Shown: positions 58,951 through 64,000 of the stretch, piece by piece
Layout: the number at the start of each line of letters is the position of its first letter
Numbering within the stretch: the stretch's first letter is position 1
From: Eledone cirrhosa
Lineage: Eukaryota
NCBI GenBank assembly: GCA_964016885.1
Contig: OZ024742.1
Coordinates: forward strand, 376,526,001 to 376,590,000
DNA: 64,000 nt
Reading direction: 5' to 3'
The notes under the pieces: model-generated
Databases searched by the model: none
What the model saw: the letters and a program-made list of their open reading frames with translations, nothing else
What the model was told of the DNA's origin: nothing
Translations under genes and position numbers: made by a program

Positions 58951-61450
58951 AGTGTAATATAATAATACAGACAGAGTGTAATATAATAAGACAGACAAAG
59001 TGTAATATAATAATACAGACAGAGTGTAATATAATAAGACAGACAAAGTGTAATATAATAATACAGACAGAGCGTAATATAATAATACATAGAGTGTAAT
59101 AATACAGACAGAGTGTAATATAATAATACAGACAGAGTGTAATATATTAATACAGACAGAGTGTAATATAATAATACAGAGAGTGTAATATAATAATACA
59201 GACAGAGTGTAATATATTAATACAGACAGAGTGTAATATAATAATACAGAGAGTGTAATATAATAATACAGACAGAGTGTAATATAATAATACAGACAGA
59301 GTGTAATATAATAATACAGAGAGTGTAATATAATAATACAGACAGAGTGTAATATAATAATACAGACAGAGTGTAATATAATAATACAGAGAGTGTAATA
59401 TAATAATACAGACAGATTGTAATATAATAATACAGACAGAGTGTAATATAATAATGCAGACAGAGTGTAATATAATAATACAGACAGTGTGTAATATAAT
59501 AATACAGAGTGTGTAATATAATAATACAGACAGAGTGTAATATAATAATACAGACAGTGTGTAATATAATAATACAGAGAGTGTAATATAATAATACATA
59601 GAGTGTAATATAATAATACAGACAGAGTGTAATATAATAATACAGACAGAGTGTAATATAATAATACAGAGAGTGTAATATAATAATACAGACAGATTGT
59701 AATATAATAATACAGACAGAGTGTAATATAATAATACAGATTGTGTAATATAATAATACAGACAGAGTGTAATATAATAATACAGAGAGAGAGTAATATA
59801 ATAATACAGACAGAGTGTAATATAATAATACAGAGAGTGTAATATAATAATACAGAGAGAGAGTAATATAATAATACAGACAGAGTGTAATATAATAATA
59901 CAGACAGAGTGTAATATAATAATACAGACAGGGTGTAATATATTAATACAGACAGAGTGTAATTTAATAATACAGAGAGTGTAATATAATAATACAGACA
60001 GAGTGTAATATAATAATACAGACAGAGTGTAATATAATAATACAGACAGAGTGTAATTTAATAATACAGAGAGTGTAATATAATAATACAGACAGAGTGT
60101 AATATAATAATACAGACAGAGTGTAATATAATAATACAGACAGAGTGTAATATAATAATACAGACAGAGTGTAATATAATAATACAGACAGAGTGTAATA
60201 TAATAATACAGACAGAGTGTAATATAATAATACAGACAGAGTGTAATATAATAATACAGACAGAGTGTAATTTAATAATACAGAGAGTGTAATATAATAA
60301 TACAGACAGAGTGTAATATAATAATACAGACAGAGTGTAATATAATAATACAGACAGAGTGTAATATAATAATACAGACAGAGTGTAATATAATAATACA
60401 GAGAGAGAGTAATATAATAATACAGACAGAGTGTAATATAATAATACAGAGAGAGAGTAATATAATAATACAGACAGAGTGTAATATAACAATACAGACA
60501 GAGTGTAATATAACAATACAGACAGAGTGTAATATAATAATACAGACAGAGTGTAATATAATAATACAGAGAGAGAGTAATATAATAATACAGACAGAGT
60601 GTAATATAATAATACAGAGAGAGAGTAATATAATAATACAGACAGAGTGTAATATAATAATACAGACAGATTGTAATATAATAATACAGAGAGAGAGTAA
60701 TATAATAATACAGACAGAGTGTAATATAATAATACAGAGAGAGAGTAATATAATAATACAGACAGAGTGTAATATAATAATACAGACAGAGTGTAATATA
60801 ATAATACAGAGAGAGAGTAATATAATAATACAGACAGAGTGTAATATAATAATACAGAGAGAGAGTAATATAATAATACAGACAGAGTGTAATATAATAA
60901 TACAGAGAGAGAGAGTAATATAATAATACAGACAGACTGTAATATAATAATACAGACAGAGTGTAATATAACAATACAGACAGAGTGTAATATAATAATA
61001 CAGACAGAGTGTAATATAATAATACAGACAGAGTGTAATATAATAATACAGACAGAGTGTAATATAATAATACAGACAGAGTGTAATATAATAATACAGA
61101 CAGAGTGTAATATATTAATACAGACAGAGTGTAATATAATAATACAGACAGAGTGTAATATACTAATACAGACAGAGTGTAATATATTAATACAGACAGA
61201 GTGTAATATAATAATACAGACAGAGTGTAATATACTAATACAGACAGAGTGTAATATATTAATACAGACAGAGTGTAATATAATAATACAGACAGAGTGT
61301 AATATATTAATACAGACAGAGTGTAATATAATAATACAGAGAGTGTAATATAATAATACAGACAGAGTGTAATATATTAATACAGACAGAGTGTAATATA
61401 ATAATACAGACAGAGTGTAATATAATAATACATACAGAGTGTAATATAAT
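58951..61450. repeat. 24-bp satellite, domain A
   Basis: Marker order parallels roughly 55700-58220. Confidence 0.95.
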
Positions 61451-61635
61451 TGTTTCTACTTTAGGCACAAGGCCAGCAAATTACCCAGTACATTACTGGT
61501 ACTTTATTTTATCGACCCCGTAAGGATGAAAGGCAAAGTTAACCTCGGCGGGATTTGAACTCAGACTGTAAAGGGACGTAACTATGCTAGAAAGCATGGC
61601 GTCCAACCCTCTACCGATACTGCCAATTCACCGCC
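61451..61635 (-). mobile_element. Full-length tRNA-derived SINE (~185 bp)
   Basis: The minus strand starts GGCGGTGAATTGGCAGTATCGG. A box TGGCAGTATCGG (61614-61625), B box GAGTTCAAATCC (61551-61562). The 5' GGCGG can pair with CCGCC just after the B box. Body TTTGCCTTTCATCCTTACGGGGTCGATAAAATAAAGTACCAG. ATAAT direct repeat at 61446-61450 and 61636-61640. Confidence 0.9.
61551..61625 (-). promoter_or_regulatory. Internal RNA polymerase III type-2 promoter (A and B boxes) of the SINE
   Basis: Both boxes resemble the tRNA consensus (TRGCNNARYGG, GWTCRANNC) and are separated by 51 bp. Confidence 0.7.
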
Positions 61636-64000
61636 ATAATAATACATACAGAGTGTAATATAATAATACAGAGAGTGTAATATAATAATACAGACAGACT
61701 GTAATATAATAATACAGACAGAGTGTAATATAATAATACATACAGAGTGTAATATAATAATACAGAGAGTGTAATATAATAATACAGACAGAGTGTAATA
61801 TATTAATACAGACAGAGTGTAATATAATAATACAGACAGAGTGTAATATATTAATACAGACAGAGTGTAATATATTAATACAGACAGAGTGTAATATAAT
61901 AATACAGAGAGTCTAATATAATAATACAGACAGAGTGTAATATAATAATACAGACAGAGTGTAATATAATAATACAGACAGAGTGTAATATAATAATACA
62001 GAGAGTGTAATATAATAATACAGACAGAGTGTAATATAATAATACAGACAGAGTGTAATATAATAATACAGAGAGTGTAATATAATAAGACAGACAGAGT
62101 GTAATATAATAATACAGACAGAGTGTAATATAATAATACAGACAGAGTGTAATATAATAATACAGACAGAGTGTAATATAATAATACAGAGAGTGTAATA
62201 TAATAATACAGACAGAGTGTAATATATTAATACAGACAGAGTGTAATATAATAATACAGAGAGTGTAATATAATAATACAGACAGAGTGTAATATAATAA
62301 TACAGACAGAGTGTAATATAATAATACAGACAGAGTGTAATATAATAATACAGAGTGTGTAATATAATAATACAGACAGAGTGTAATATAATAATACAGA
62401 GAGTGTAATATAATAATACAGACAGAGTGTAATATAATAATACAGACAGAGTGTAATATAATAATACAGAGAGTGTAATATAATAAGACAGACAGAGTGT
62501 AATATAATAATACAGACAGAGTGTAATATAATAATACAGACAGAGTGTAATATAATAATACAGACAGAGTGTAATATAATAATACAGAGTGTGTAATATA
62601 ATAATACAGACAGAGTGTAATATAATAATACAGACAGAGTGTAATATAATAATACAGAGAGTGTAATATAATAATACAGACAGAGTGTAATATAATAATA
62701 CAGACAGATTGTAATATAATAATACAGACAGATTGTAATATAATAATACAGACAGAGTGTAATATAATAATACAGACAGAGTGTAATATAATAATACAGA
62801 CAGAGTGTAATATAATAATACAGACAGAGTGTAATATAATAATACAGACAGAGTGTAATATAATAATACAGACAGAGTGTAATATAATAATACAGACAGA
62901 GTGTAATATAATAATACAGACAGAGTGTAATATAATAATACAGACAGAGTGTAATTTAATAATACAGAGAGTGTAATATAATAATACAGACAGAGTGTAA
63001 TATAATAATACAGACAGAGTGTAATATAATAATACAGACAGAGTGTAATATAATAATACAGACAGAGTGTAATATAATAATACAGAGAGAGAGTAATATA
63101 ATAATACAGACAGAGTGTAATATAATAATACAGAGAGAGAGTAATATAATAATACAGACAGAGTGTAATATAACAATACAGACAGAGTGTAATATAACAA
63201 TACAGACAGAGTGTAATATAATAATACAGACAGAGTGTAATATAATAATACAGAGAGAGAGTAATATAATAATACAGACAGAGTGTAATATAATAATACA
63301 GAGAGAGAGTAATATAATAATACAGACAGAGTGTAATATAATAATACAGACAGAGTGTAATATAATAATACAGAGAGAGAGTAATATAATAATACAGACA
63401 GAGTGTAATATAATAATACAGAGAGAGAGTAATATAATAATACAGACAGAGTGTAATATAATAATACAGACAGAGTGTAATATAATAATACAGAGAGAGA
63501 GTAATATAATAATACAGACAGAGTGTAATATAATAATACAGAGAGAGAGTAATATAATAATACAGACAGAGTGTAATATAATAATACAGAGAGAGAGAGT
63601 AATATAATAATACAGACAGACTGTAATATAATAATACAGACAGAGTGTAATATAACAATACAGACAGAGTGTAATATAATAATACAGACAGAGTGTAATA
63701 TAATAATACAGACAGAGTGTAATATAATAATACAGACAGAGTGTAATATAATAATACAGACAGAGTGTAATATAATAATACAGACAGAGTGTAATATATT
63801 AATACAGACAGAGTGTAATATAATAATACAGACAGAGTGTAATATAATAATACAGACAGAGTGTAATATATTAATACAGACAGAGTGTAATATAATAATA
63901 CAGACAGAGTGTAATATAATAATACAGACAGAGTGTAATATAATAATACAGACAGAGTGTAATATATTAATACAGACAGAGTGTAATATAATAATACAGA
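61636..64000. repeat. 24-bp satellite, domain A (continues off the right edge)
   Basis: Tandem monomers with domain-A markers (GAGTCT, AATAAGAC, AATTTAAT, GAGAGAGAGT). Confidence 0.97.

Noticed and set aside
61545-61635. Functional tRNA gene
   Set aside because: A and B boxes are present, but no convincing cloverleaf could be folded. It continues into a SINE body and tail, has a TSD and has truncated siblings.
3774-63658. Many long ORFs (up to 1106 aa) of SVLLYYTL / CIIILHSV / LCLYYYIT / CNIIIQTE repeats
   Set aside because: The 24-bp monomer is a multiple of 3 and has no stop in any minus frame, so these ORFs arise automatically. The 22-bp variants shift frames freely, showing no coding constraint.
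1-64000. Telomeric repeat array with telomere-specific retroelements
   Set aside because: The monomer has no G-run like TTAGGG/TTAGG, and the multi-kb HORs indicate recombinational amplification. A subtelomeric location cannot be judged from this window.

Overview
Eukaryotic (animal-like) repeat DNA with no host gene. About 57 kb of the 64 kb is one head-to-tail 24-bp satellite (consensus AATATAATAATACAGACAGAGTGT, 75% AT, no CpG), with nested higher-order repeats (HORs) and two variant domains. Five insertions interrupt it, all on the minus strand and all ending in the same AT-rich part of the monomer. Two are near-identical, 5'-truncated, inactivated copies of an L1/Tx1-type non-LTR retrotransposon ORF2 (APE endonuclease, RT, CCHC finger) at 412-3847 and 39048-42483. 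They sit 38,636 bp apart with shared flanks, so they are one insertion later duplicated with the array. Three are apparently independent copies of one tRNA-derived SINE (37282-37413, 58863-58950, full-length 61451-61635). The most interesting signal is that the LINE and SINE 3' ends align ungapped (18-19/25 nt) and share a small stem-loop with a compensatory base-pair swap. This suggests a candidate LINE/SINE partner pair that inserts into this satellite in a fixed orientation. All long YYTL/CIIIL ORFs are satellite artefacts. All alignments and counts were done by eye; no searches were run.
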